Shown one piece after another: positions 1 through 8,868 of a stretch of DNA of 50,390 nt (position 1 is its first letter; each line of letters starts with the position of its first letter). The notes beneath the pieces are model-generated. The model had not been told where the DNA came from. It saw only the letters and a program-made list of their open reading frames with translations, and did not search any database. The stretch spans positions 1 to 50,390 of the forward strand of contig CANTWP010000044.1 in assembly GCA_947853245.1 (NCBI GenBank), in the 5' to 3' direction. Made by a program: the position numbers and the translations under genes. Source of the DNA: an uncultured Bacilli bacterium. GTDB taxonomy: Bacteria > Bacillota_I > Bacilli_A > RF39 > UBA660.

Positions 1-1
1 T

Positions 2-616
2 GCATCTAAACATCCTAGTTATCAATGGTTAACAATGGATGAAGCAATTAAACATTGTAGTCAAGGTATCAGTATTTGGGATTTTGCTAGTAATGATGCT
101 GAGGAGGAACCTGATATAGTTCTTGCTTGTTGTGGTGATGCACCAACACTTGAAGCTTTAGCGGCTGTATCTATTTTAAGAGAACATTTACCAAATTTAA
201 AAATTAGATTTATTAATGTTGTAGATTTGATGAAATTAGAATCTAGAGATGAACATCCACATGCTTTAAGTGATCTAGAATATGATCAATTATTTACAAA
301 AAATACACCAATTTTATTTGCATATCATGGATATCCAACTTTAATACATGAACTTACTTATTATCGTCATAATCGTAATTTACATGTAGTAGGGTATAAA
401 GAAGAAGGAACTATCACAACAGCATTTGATATGAAAGTTTTAAATGAAATAGATAGATTCCACTTAGTTCAAAAAGTAGTTGAATTAGTACCATCTACAG
501 GAAGTAAGGGAACATATTTAAGTCAACTTATGAAAGATAAGTTAGTAGAACATACTAATTATATTCGTGATTTTGGTGTTGATATGCCTGAAGTCAGTGA
601 ATGGAAATGGAAATAA
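2..616 (+). CDS. xfp: Phosphoketolase (xylulose-5-P/fructose-6-P), C-terminal fragment; the 5' end lies outside the window
   Basis: The frame is open from nt 2 with no stop before the listed ATG at 35. The motifs [39 protein letters not shown] and the C-terminal WKWK are typical of the XFP C-terminus. A hairpin terminator follows. Confidence 0.85.
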   Translation, partial: ASKHPSYQWLTMDEAIKHCSQGISIWDFASNDAEEEPDIVLACCGDAPTLEALAAVSILREHLPNLKIRFINVVDLMKLESRDEHPHALSDLEYDQLFTKNTPILFAYHGYPTLIHELTYYRHNRNLHVVGYKEEGTITTAFDMKVLNEIDRFHLVQKVVELVPSTGSKGTYLSQLMKDKLVEHTNYIRDFGVDMPEVSEWKWK

Positions 617-622
617 ATTAAT

Positions 623-660
623 AAAAAAACTGATACTAGAAATTTCTAATATCAGTTTTT
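623..660. terminator. Bidirectional intrinsic terminator shared by xfp (+) and the small minus-strand ORF
   Basis: An A-run, then the stem actgata(c)taga / tcta(a)tatcagt, then a T-run. It reads as a hairpin plus U-tract on both strands. Confidence 0.7.
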
Positions 661-748
661 AAATATATGCAATAATCGCTGCAACAGCGGATGCCACCAT
701 TGCTATTAACATAATCCAAACAATTATTTTTTGTGTTTTTTTGTTCAT
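659..748 (-). CDS. Unannotated 29-aa small membrane protein (MNKKTQKIIVWIMLIAMVASAVAAIIAYI), DUF4044-like architecture
   Basis: SD AGAGGTG lies 5 nt upstream of the ATG at 748. The peptide has a basic N-terminus followed by one TM helix. The TAA stop runs into the terminator hairpin. It is below the 60-aa ORF-track cutoff. Confidence 0.45.
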   Translation of the reverse strand: MNKKTQKIIVWIMLIAMVASAVAAIIAYI

Positions 749-835
749 TTTTACACCTCTGATATTATTATAATATATTTTTTTGATTTTTGGAATATAA
801 TTGGCCATTTTTCATATTTTTAATTAGGTGATAAT

Positions 836-1435
836 ATGGACAAGTTAAAAATAATAATTAAAAACAATAAAAAAAGTATCATTTTCTTATTTATTTTAAC
901 AGCAATTGCTCTAATTACTGGTTCTATTTTCTCTTTAATGTTAAATAATAATGATAAACAGTTAGTAAGTGAATCAATAACTAATTTTTTAAATAATATT
1001 AATAATGTCAATTATATAGAAACCTTAAAATCAGCAACCCTAGAACAATCTCTTTTGATATTCTTTATTTGGTTACTAGGTTTTTCTATTATTGGTATCC
1101 CAATAATTTTATTTTCATTCTTTGTAAAAGTATTTACTTTAGGATTTTCTATTTGTAGTATAATTACTATATATAAAGCCAAAGGCATTTTAATAGCGCT
1201 TTTTTATATCTTTCCCCATCATATATTAAATATTATTAATTATGCTTTTTTAACAATAATCTCCTTAAAAGTATCCTTTAGCTTACTTTATGCAATATTT
1301 AAAAGAAGAAAAATGGACTTTAAACCTATTATGAATAAATACTTAATTTCTTTATTGATAAGTATAATACTTTCTATGTTAGCGATAGTACTAGAAGTAT
1401 ATTTAATGCCAAATTTAATGGGGTTAATCCGTTAA
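836..1435 (+). CDS. spoIIM: Stage II sporulation protein M-like polytopic membrane protein
   Basis: SD AGGTGAT precedes the ATG. The 199-aa product has a SpoIIM-like N-terminus and TM pattern. The call is by family resemblance only. Confidence 0.6.
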   Translation: MDKLKIIIKNNKKSIIFLFILTAIALITGSIFSLMLNNNDKQLVSESITNFLNNINNVNYIETLKSATLEQSLLIFFIWLLGFSIIGIPIILFSFFVKVFTLGFSICSIITIYKAKGILIALFYIFPHHILNIINYAFLTIISLKVSFSLLYAIFKRRKMDFKPIMNKYLISLLISIILSMLAIVLEVYLMPNLMGLIR

Positions 1436-1488
1436 AACTTAATTTACTTATCTATTAATTAATGTTATAATACTTATGGTGATTTGAA

Positions 1489-2529
1489 GTGAAAAAAGTA
1501 GTAATTGGTATAAGTGGGGGAGTAGATAGTAGTGTGGCGGCTGTATTACTTAAAGAACAGGGTTATGAAGTAATCGGTGTTACATTTGTATTTACTGATG
1601 ATTTTGATGTCAAAGACGCTATAGAAGTGTGTAAGAAATTATCAATAGAACATCATATAATAGATTATAAAAAAGAATTTAAGGAAATAATTATAGATAG
1701 GTTTATTAGCGATTATAAAGCTGGATTAACACCAAATCCTTGTGTACTATGTAATAAGAAAGTAAAATTAAAATTATTATATGATAAAATGTTAGAATAT
1801 AATGCTGATGCAATAGCGACAGGACATTATGCTAAAATAAAAAATAATAAATTATATTTAAGTAAGGATTTAAATAAAGATCAAACTTATTTCTTGTGTG
1901 AAGTTTCCAATGAAATATTAAGTAAATTATTATTGCCTCTTGATGGTTTAGAAAAATCTTATGTAAGAGATTTAGCTAAAAAATATGATTTAATTACTGC
2001 TTCAAAAAAAGATTCAACAGATGTGTGTTTTATAAATAATAAATTTAAAAACTTTTTTACTAAAGAAAATACATTAAAAGGCGATATCATTAATATAGAA
2101 AATAATCAAAAAATAGGTACTCATAATGGTTTAGCGCTTTATACAATAGGTCAACGAAAAGGATTAAATCTAGGTGGTAATGGAAGTCGCACCTTTACCG
2201 TTGGTAAAGATTTAAAAAATAATATTTTATATGTTGCAACTGGTGCTGAAAATGATTATTTATTTAGTGATGCAGCTTTAATTGATACAATTAATTGGAT
2301 TAGCGATAATAAACCTTTAGAATGTACTGCTAAATTTAGATATCGTCAACCTAACAATAAAGTATATATGAAATATTTAAATGATGGAAATATACTTGTT
2401 TCTTATCCACAAAAAGTTAAATCAGTAACACCTGGTCAAGCATGTGTATTTTATTTAGGAGAAGAATGCCTTGGTGGGGGTATTATTAGAGAAGTTTACC
2501 GCAATAACGAGAAAATTCCATTTTTATAA
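1489..2529 (+). CDS. mnmA: tRNA 2-thiouridine(34) synthase MnmA
   Basis: PP-loop motif GISGGVDSSV, conserved Cys residues (NPCVLCN) and full-length similarity. GTG start preceded by GGTGAT. Confidence 0.95.
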   Translation: MKKVVIGISGGVDSSVAAVLLKEQGYEVIGVTFVFTDDFDVKDAIEVCKKLSIEHHIIDYKKEFKEIIIDRFISDYKAGLTPNPCVLCNKKVKLKLLYDKMLEYNADAIATGHYAKIKNNKLYLSKDLNKDQTYFLCEVSNEILSKLLLPLDGLEKSYVRDLAKKYDLITASKKDSTDVCFINNKFKNFFTKENTLKGDIINIENNQKIGTHNGLALYTIGQRKGLNLGGNGSRTFTVGKDLKNNILYVATGAENDYLFSDAALIDTINWISDNKPLECTAKFRYRQPNNKVYMKYLNDGNILVSYPQKVKSVTPGQACVFYLGEECLGGGIIREVYRNNEKIPFL

Positions 2530-2571
2530 TAAGCTTTAATAAGCTTTTTTCTTTTTACTTTTTGTTTACAC

Positions 2572-2599
2572 TTGACAATTGACATAAAAGTGTTAAAAT
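2572..2599 (+). promoter_or_regulatory. Sigma-A-type promoter of the HTH gene
   Basis: TTGACA (2572-2577), a 16-nt spacer, then the extended -10 TGtTAAAAT (2591-2599). A second TTGACA overlaps at 2579-2584. Confidence 0.6.
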
Positions 2600-2620
2600 G
2601 ATAATAGGAGGTTTTAAGAT

Positions 2621-3409
2621 ATGGATAGATTAAATGAAGTTTTGCATGAGTTAGGTATTTCTAAAGTTAAGTTAGCTAAATTTTTAGGTGTATCAAGACA
2701 AATGATTTATAATTATTTAGAATTAGATGATATTAATAAATGGCCTAAAGATAAGAAAGTATTATTATTAAATCTATTAGGTATTAAATCTTCTGAAGAA
2801 ATAAATAGTATTAAAATAGATACAGATTATATTATGAGTGTTGAGGCACGTTTAAATAGTATATTTAACAATAATTTAAATATAGAAGAAGTTAGTGAAA
2901 ATGATAAGAATTTTTATGATGGTCTAGGTAAAAAGCAACAAGAGCTATTAGCAAACATAAATGAAATATTAAAAGAAAAATTAGATGATGATAAAGATAA
3001 AGAATCTTATTATATAATTAAATATTTATATCACTTTCTACAATCAATTGATAGTGGTAATGAATTAAAGTATATGTTAGGGTATGTTGCTAAAGCAGCA
3101 GGCTTTGTAAAACCTACTGAATTTGTTTTTAACGAAAATGAACAATTTATTTTTGAAAGTATAATGTTTTCTGCTATGACATTATATAATGGTGGTGGAG
3201 CTTCTAAAAGTAGACTTGCTGAGTCTCATAGACGTTTTGTAGCGCAAATAGAGCACAAAATGGAAGAGAAAATTAGTAGAACACTTGAACTAAATACATT
3301 AAAAGTTCAAGCATTAAGAGAATTAGGATACTCTGCTATAAACGAAAATAATGCAGCTGAAGTATTAGAAAAAATTGCGGAGATTCAATCTAGAAATGTA
3401 GTAAGTTAA
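2621..3409 (+). CDS. XRE-type HTH domain protein with an uncharacterised roughly 200-aa C-terminal domain
   Basis: The N-terminus ISKVKLAKFLGVSRQMIYNYL is a classic helix-turn-helix. SD GGAGG is present. The gene is monocistronic between a strong promoter and a strong terminator. Confidence 0.7.
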   Translation: MDRLNEVLHELGISKVKLAKFLGVSRQMIYNYLELDDINKWPKDKKVLLLNLLGIKSSEEINSIKIDTDYIMSVEARLNSIFNNNLNIEEVSENDKNFYDGLGKKQQELLANINEILKEKLDDDKDKESYYIIKYLYHFLQSIDSGNELKYMLGYVAKAAGFVKPTEFVFNENEQFIFESIMFSAMTLYNGGGASKSRLAESHRRFVAQIEHKMEEKISRTLELNTLKVQALRELGYSAINENNAAEVLEKIAEIQSRNVVS

Positions 3410-3411
3410 AG

Positions 3412-3433
3412 TAGGGGAGTGTCCCCTATTTTT
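3412..3433 (+). terminator. Intrinsic terminator of the HTH gene
   Basis: Stem tagggg / ccccta, 5-nt loop, followed by TTTTT. Confidence 0.8.
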
Positions 3434-3880
3434 AAATTTAAAAATTATAGAGAATAATAGGGAATATAGAGACGTATTTTAAGCGTTTTTTATTTAAATA
3501 GATGATTAGTTGTTAATCTAGATTGCTTAAAATAAGTGATAAATTTGTATACTTTTTAATAATAAATTAAATTATAATTAAAATATAAACTAAACATTAA
3601 AAATTGATTAAAACTAATTCAAATAATTTTTTTAATAGATAATAATAAATTATATAAATATTTAATTATATATTAATATACTAACTAATAAATAGAAATA
3701 GATATTAAGATAATTATATTATTAGTATATAAATTTTAAATAAAAATATTATATTTTGTAACTTCGTATAATGAATATTATGTTAACTTCTTAAAATAAT
3801 TTTTAAATATATAATAATAAATTACAATTAATATCATAATTATAATTATTTGGTAAATAATATTACTGGGTGATGAAAGA

Positions 3881-4045
3881 ATGAAAAAGAATAGTAATGC
3901 TAACAAGAACGCTAATACTAATAGTAAAATGAATAAAAGTTCAAATATGAACAAAAATGCTAATACTAATAGTAGAAATAATTCTTGCAAATCAAATGCT
4001 ACAGAATCAAATTATGATTCAAATAGATCATTTGATATGGAATAA
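3881..4045 (+). CDS. Unannotated 54-aa Asn/Ser/Lys-rich small protein (MKKNSNANKNANTNSKMNKSSNMNKNANTNSRNNSCKSNATESNYDSNRSFDME)
   Basis: GGTGAT lies 8 nt upstream of the ATG. The stop is followed 10 nt later by a 10-bp hairpin terminator. There is an in-frame 16-nt duplication at 3911-3926 and 3959-3974. No homologue is recognised. Confidence 0.4.
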   Translation: MKKNSNANKNANTNSKMNKSSNMNKNANTNSRNNSCKSNATESNYDSNRSFDME

Positions 4046-4055
4046 TTACCCACGA

Positions 4056-4086
4056 AAAAGAAGCACTAGATGCTTCTTTTGTTTTT
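4056..4086. terminator. Bidirectional intrinsic terminator
   Basis: Stem aaaagaagca / tgcttctttt (10 bp), loop ctaga, with T-runs on both strands. The stop of the minus-strand TSCPD gene sits in the loop. Confidence 0.7.
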
Positions 4087-4329
4087 AAATTTAATTAAAG
4101 CTTCAGCTATTTGATCTGGACAAGATGTATTTTTAAAATTACATTTAATACCATGCAATACTTCGATTACTTCATCAATACTTCGATTAGTTATTAATTT
4201 AGTAATTCCTTGTAAATTCCCAGAACATCCACCTACTACATTAAATTCTATAATATTATTATTTTCAATTTTAAAGGTCATTTTTTTGGAACAAACACCC
4301 ATTGGTATATATTCATATGTTTCTATCAT
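4066..4329 (-). CDS. TSCPD-domain small protein (TIGR03905-like)
   Basis: The literal TSCPD motif (NTSCPDQ), a GGCSGN motif and a size of 87 aa. Confidence 0.8.
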   Translation of the reverse strand: MIETYEYIPMGVCSKKMTFKIENNNIIEFNVVGGCSGNLQGITKLITNRSIDEVIEVLHGIKCNFKNTSCPDQIAEALIKFKNKRSI

Positions 4330-4362
4330 AAGTCACTTCCCTACTTCTTCATTATACCATAA

Positions 4363-5112
4363 TTAAAATACAAAATGATTAATAATCATAAATATTACAC
4401 CAATCATAAACCAAATAACAGAAATTTTCTTATGATTATAAGATAAAGATTCAGGAATCAATTCATAAAATGATATATGTAACATTATACCTGCTATTAT
4501 AGATAGTAACATTCCCATAAACATATTATTCATAATATCTTTTAAAAATAAGAAAGCAATTAAAGCACCAAATGGTTCTGATAATGCTGATATAAAAGTA
4601 TAACCTATTGCCCTACTCTTACTCTTAGTACTAGAATATATTGGCATAGATATACTAATTCCTTCAGGAATATTATGGAGTGCTATAGCAATACTAAGTG
4701 ATATCCCTATTTTTAAATTAGTGGAACCAGTCATAAATGTAGCGATTCCTTCAGGAATATTATGAAGAATAATTGCTAACATACTAATTATCCCTACTCT
4801 ATATAATTTACTATTATGTACTTTATTATCAGGTAAATATTTATCAATAGTCATGGAAAGAATTATCCCTATAATAATAAATATAAACATAATAATATAC
4901 TTTGGAAATGCAACAAAATAATCATTTAAATAATTTACTGATTCTGGAATTAAATCAGTAATAGAAACAGTACTCATAACTCCCGCTGCAAAAGCTAAGG
5001 AACCAATAAGTATTTTATTAGACTTGTTTTTTATAAATATAACTATGCAACCAAGCATTGTTGAAAGACCAGCTAAAGAGCATAATAAAAAAGCATAAGT
5101 AATGTTATTCAT
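4363..5112 (-). CDS. ZIP-family divalent metal (zinc) transporter, ZupT-like
   Basis: Two HNIPEGI(A/S) motifs and multiple TM helices; 249 aa. Confidence 0.85.
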   Translation of the reverse strand: MNNITYAFLLCSLAGLSTMLGCIVIFIKNKSNKILIGSLAFAAGVMSTVSITDLIPESVNYLNDYFVAFPKYIIMFIFIIIGIILSMTIDKYLPDNKVHNSKLYRVGIISMLAIILHNIPEGIATFMTGSTNLKIGISLSIAIALHNIPEGISISMPIYSSTKSKSRAIGYTFISALSEPFGALIAFLFLKDIMNNMFMGMLLSIIAGIMLHISFYELIPESLSYNHKKISVIWFMIGVIFMIINHFVF

Positions 5113-5144
5113 TATATCACCATTTAAACTTATGCTTTAAAATT

Positions 5145-6035
5145 TTATTTATTATGTTTAATAGGTTTGTCATCATGTAAATTTATATCTTTAATATGTT
5201 TAGGTTTTCTCTTTTCGACTGGTAAGGGTTCTTCAAAGTATTTACCATTCCATCTTTTTAAACAATTAGGTCCATACCATTCATGCATAACTTTTTCTAT
5301 ATTATTATAAGAATAAAATTTTCGACCTTCAAAATCGTACTTTTTAAAAGGTAAAATGTCTTCTTTTAAGAAAATAGGTTCTTTACCAATTTTTTCCCAA
5401 GGAACAGAGATAGGTTGACTCATAAGTTTACTATTTTCATATCTTCTAGAATATTTATTGGCATGCCATACATTAAATTTCTTAAGTAATACAGGGTTTA
5501 AATGTAAGTTATCTAATAATACAATAAAAGGCATAATAACACGTGTAACTGTTCTACCTAATTGATCTATTACTTTATTTTCACAAATATTATCATATAT
5601 AACAACATCTACAAATATCCCGTCGCCACTTTTACAACGATTTTTAAGTAATGTATTAACTTCCTCAATATAAGTACCTTTTTTTCTAATTTTCATACTA
5701 GGATTAATAATTGTATTATATTTTTTATCAGTTTCGAAACATTGAAAATAGAATTCATCACTTAAATCTTTTTTTAAAGCTTCTATAAATTTTAGCCAAT
5801 CTTTACGTAAAATAGCCATATCTATGTCATCATCCCAAGGGATAAATCCACCATAATTGCACATACCTAAGGCACTACCAGCAATTAAACAATATTTAAT
5901 ATCATTCTTTTCACAAACACGATGAATTTCATCCATAATAGTTAGAATTTCTTTATGAATATCGTTTACACTAATGCTGCCACTTTTAGTCTCTACAAAA
6001 TATTCTTTATCTTTCTTTATATACTTTTCTTTCAT
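5145..6035 (-). CDS. LicD-family phosphotransferase (phosphocholine/phosphoribitol-type transfer to glycans)
   Basis: Motif LIAGSALGMCNYGGFIPWDDDIDMA (LicD DxD region); 296 aa. Confidence 0.8.
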   Translation of the reverse strand: MKEKYIKKDKEYFVETKSGSISVNDIHKEILTIMDEIHRVCEKNDIKYCLIAGSALGMCNYGGFIPWDDDIDMAILRKDWLKFIEALKKDLSDEFYFQCFETDKKYNTIINPSMKIRKKGTYIEEVNTLLKNRCKSGDGIFVDVVIYDNICENKVIDQLGRTVTRVIMPFIVLLDNLHLNPVLLKKFNVWHANKYSRRYENSKLMSQPISVPWEKIGKEPIFLKEDILPFKKYDFEGRKFYSYNNIEKVMHEWYGPNCLKRWNGKYFEEPLPVEKRKPKHIKDINLHDDKPIKHNK

Positions 6036-6037
6036 AC

Positions 6038-6760
6038 CTATTTTTTCCTCTTTAACTTCCTAATTTCTTCTTTCTCTGCCTTACTTATTCTATTTGATTC
6101 TATTATTTTTTGTATTGCTTTATTAAAGGTAAAATCATCTAAATTATTTTCTTTAAGTAATATCATTGTTTTATTCTTATATTTTATATAACAAATAGAA
6201 ATAACCCAAGCATTAGCCATTATAACGTAATATTCGTTAGATTTAATACTATTACAGATAGTAATGACTTTATCAATATAATCATCATTAATATAGAAAT
6301 CTAGTAATAAAACTAATCCAAAACGAATTTTCCAAGGCTTTTTACTATCCAATAGTTTTAATATATATTTAAAACCATCATCTAAATTCTTTTTAAATAT
6401 TTTCATATTAGCGCATACTAAGTCATTAGTAGACCAATTATTTACAAATGGTATAAAATTGTCTAAAAAATTTAAAATGTCTGTGAACGGTATTTTTAAA
6501 TAACCAATCATAAGTCCATATATTACATCTTCTTCATAATACAGGTGTTTAATTTGATTAATAAAAGTTTCATAATTGCCTTTACTTATTTCTTTTGCAA
6601 TCTCTTTTAATATAGGTGTCCTAATACCTATTACTTCTATATTATCATTTTTTAATAATCTAGAATGAAACAATTGATAATTTTCATCTTTCAGAGACAT
6701 TAAATAGTTGATAAAAATATCATAATCTTCTGATACCCAAGTATCTTTAATTAAATTCAT
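6038..6760 (-). CDS. DNA alkylation repair protein (AlkD/HEAT-repeat family)-like
   Basis: Size and N-terminal pattern (YQLFHSRLLKNDNIEVIGIRTPILKEIAKEI) are typical of the 'DNA alkylation repair enzyme' family. The ATG overlaps the upstream TGA (ATGA). Confidence 0.65.
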   Translation of the reverse strand: MNLIKDTWVSEDYDIFINYLMSLKDENYQLFHSRLLKNDNIEVIGIRTPILKEIAKEISKGNYETFINQIKHLYYEEDVIYGLMIGYLKIPFTDILNFLDNFIPFVNNWSTNDLVCANMKIFKKNLDDGFKYILKLLDSKKPWKIRFGLVLLLDFYINDDYIDKVITICNSIKSNEYYVIMANAWVISICYIKYKNKTMILLKENNLDDFTFNKAIQKIIESNRISKAEKEEIRKLKRKK

Positions 6761-8127
6761 TTTATTTTATCAATCAAATCTAAAAATTCTTTCTGAATAC
6801 TAGATAATCTTTCTTCTGTAGTAGCTTCAAATCTAACTGTCAAATTAGGACCAGTATTTGAGGCTCTAACCAATCCCCAAGAATCCGGGAATTCTACTCT
6901 TACACCATCAATATCTATATAATTATAATTTTTTTCTTTACAATAATCTTTTACTTTGTCTACAATAGCAAATTTATTTTCATCAGTTACTGGTATTCTT
7001 AATTCTTCAGTAGAAAAGTACTTAGTAACTCCTTCTAAAAATTCACTTAAATTTTTAGTAGTATGAGAAAGCATTTCAATAACACGTAAGCTATTATAAA
7101 TACCATCATCACAACCAGTAAAACGGTCTCTGAAGAATATGTGACCAGAATATTCACCACCAAAGTCAAAGTTTCCTTCTTGCATCATCATATTAGTATA
7201 AGAAGCTCCAGTACGATACATTACTGGTTCAATATTTAATTTAGAAACTTCATCGATCAATGATTTAGAACATTTTACATCAAATAAAGCTTTTCTATTT
7301 CTTAAATTATGATTTAAATAACGATACATAATAATCATCAGTTCATCTGCTTTAATTATGTCACCGTTTTCGAGAACAAGGCCTAAACGATCAGCATCAC
7401 CATCGATACCAATACCGATGTCATAACCTAATTTCTTTACTCTTTTACTTAAATCTAATTGATTTTTTGTTTCACTAGGATCGGGATGATGGTTAGGAAA
7501 ATTTCCATCACTATCGCAGTAAATAGCATCATACTCAATACCTAATGCCTCAAAAATATCTTTAATAATAATAGAACCTGTGCCATTGCCACAATCAATT
7601 ACAGCACGTACTTTTCTTGAACCTAAAGTTATATTTTTACAAACCTCGTTGATGTATTCCTGTTTAATGTTTTCCTTTATCTCCGTACCATTTCCATCAT
7701 CAAATAAGAGTCTATTAGTAAAATCTCTAAAATCACTAATCATTTTGCCATAAGCATTACCTATTTTAGAAAATGATATTTTAAATCCATTATAAGCTTT
7801 TGGATTATGACTAGCAGTTACCATAATTCCTGTAGTACAATTAAACTTTTTCTTTCCAAAATAATACATAGGAGTGGTAACTAACCCTAAATTAATAACG
7901 TCTACTCCACTATCTAGTATTCCTTGTAATAAAAAAGTACTAAGTTCTGGTGATGAAAGACGATTATCGTGGCCAATAATAGTTTTATTCTCACCTTGTT
8001 TCTTGATATAAGTACCGAAGCTTTTACCAATGGTATATGCTGAAGAGGCATCTAATTCATCAGGATAGATACCTCGTAAATCATATTCACGAAAAATATT
8101 TTCTTTTACTTTTTCTACTTTTTTCAC
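6757..8127 (-). CDS. Phosphomannomutase/phosphoglucomutase (alpha-D-phosphohexomutase)
   Basis: Active-site motif TASHNP, N-terminal FREYDLRG, metal loop GIDGDADR and sugar loop GEYSGH. Confidence 0.9.
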   Translation of the reverse strand: MKKVEKVKENIFREYDLRGIYPDELDASSAYTIGKSFGTYIKKQGENKTIIGHDNRLSSPELSTFLLQGILDSGVDVINLGLVTTPMYYFGKKKFNCTTGIMVTASHNPKAYNGFKISFSKIGNAYGKMISDFRDFTNRLLFDDGNGTEIKENIKQEYINEVCKNITLGSRKVRAVIDCGNGTGSIIIKDIFEALGIEYDAIYCDSDGNFPNHHPDPSETKNQLDLSKRVKKLGYDIGIGIDGDADRLGLVLENGDIIKADELMIIMYRYLNHNLRNRKALFDVKCSKSLIDEVSKLNIEPVMYRTGASYTNMMMQEGNFDFGGEYSGHIFFRDRFTGCDDGIYNSLRVIEMLSHTTKNLSEFLEGVTKYFSTEELRIPVTDENKFAIVDKVKDYCKEKNYNYIDIDGVRVEFPDSWGLVRASNTGPNLTVRFEATTEERLSSIQKEFLDLIDKIK

Positions 8128-8867
8128 TTAACATTCCTCTTTTCTTCTTCTAACATTGTACTAATGTCAACAGGGGTACTCCAAACATCACCTTTTAATA
8201 GTTGCAATAGTATTTTTTTATACTCTAAAGATAATTTAGAATTAAATAATTTACCAACTAATGGCGAATTATCATTACTTAAACTATTAATAAAACAAGC
8301 TAGCAATAAATAATTATCCATGTTTTCTCTACTATTAACTTCAAATTTTTTATTATAATTAGGTAATAATTTAGCTTCATGAGAACGGTATTCAGAGTGA
8401 TCTATTGGAAATTCATCAATTCCCATGCTATCGACATCACAAAATTTAGTATTATATTTATAATCTACTAAAATATTAGCTGGTTTTAAGTCCCCTACTA
8501 CGACATTCTTTTTATGTAAATAATCTAAATCTTTAAATAATTTAGAATAAACTATCAATAGTTTTTGATAATCTCTAATACTATCTATATGCATAGCATT
8601 ACTGATTTTTGGCATTAAATAGCCACTAAATTCCCCTTCGACACTAACGAATGCTGTTGGGGAAACAATAACATGAGATAACTTTCTACTAGCAAGTCTT
8701 TCTAATTTATATTTTTTTCTTTCAAAATCAATAAGATCACATAGATACTTTTCAAATTGTTTTAAAACTAATTCATTATTATATAAAAGTATTTTTCCTT
8801 CATAGCCACCTTTATTAAAAACTAATAAGCTATCTATTTCTTTTTTTGTAAATCCAATTATTTCCAT
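8124..8867 (-). CDS. Small atypical protein-kinase-like protein
   Basis: Catalytic-loop-like GDLKPANILVD, an upstream LVLKQFEK (VAIK-like Lys) and a CDVDS (DFG-like) motif. The start is set at MEIIGF, preceded by AGGAGG. The listed ORF start at 8912 lies inside xerD. Confidence 0.6.
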   Translation of the reverse strand: MEIIGFTKKEIDSLLVFNKGGYEGKILLYNNELVLKQFEKYLCDLIDFERKKYKLERLASRKLSHVIVSPTAFVSVEGEFSGYLMPKISNAMHIDSIRDYQKLLIVYSKLFKDLDYLHKKNVVVGDLKPANILVDYKYNTKFCDVDSMGIDEFPIDHSEYRSHEAKLLPNYNKKFEVNSRENMDNYLLLACFINSLSNDNSPLVGKLFNSKLSLEYKKILLQLLKGDVWSTPVDISTMLEEEKRNVK

Positions 8868-8868
8868 T

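Noticed and set aside
3759-3773. TAACTTCGTATAATG, which is identical to a loxP arm plus the start of the loxP spacer.
   Set aside because: There is no inverted partner arm. The nearby second TAACTTC (about 3787) is a direct repeat, not an inverted one. A 15-nt match in extreme-AT DNA is most simply coincidence, and there is no Cre-like gene nearby.
3778-3990. A 70-aa very hydrophobic minus-strand ORF.
   Set aside because: It has a TTG start without an SD and a pure L/F/I low-complexity sequence. It is the antisense reading of the Asn-rich plus-strand ORF, which does have an SD and a terminator.
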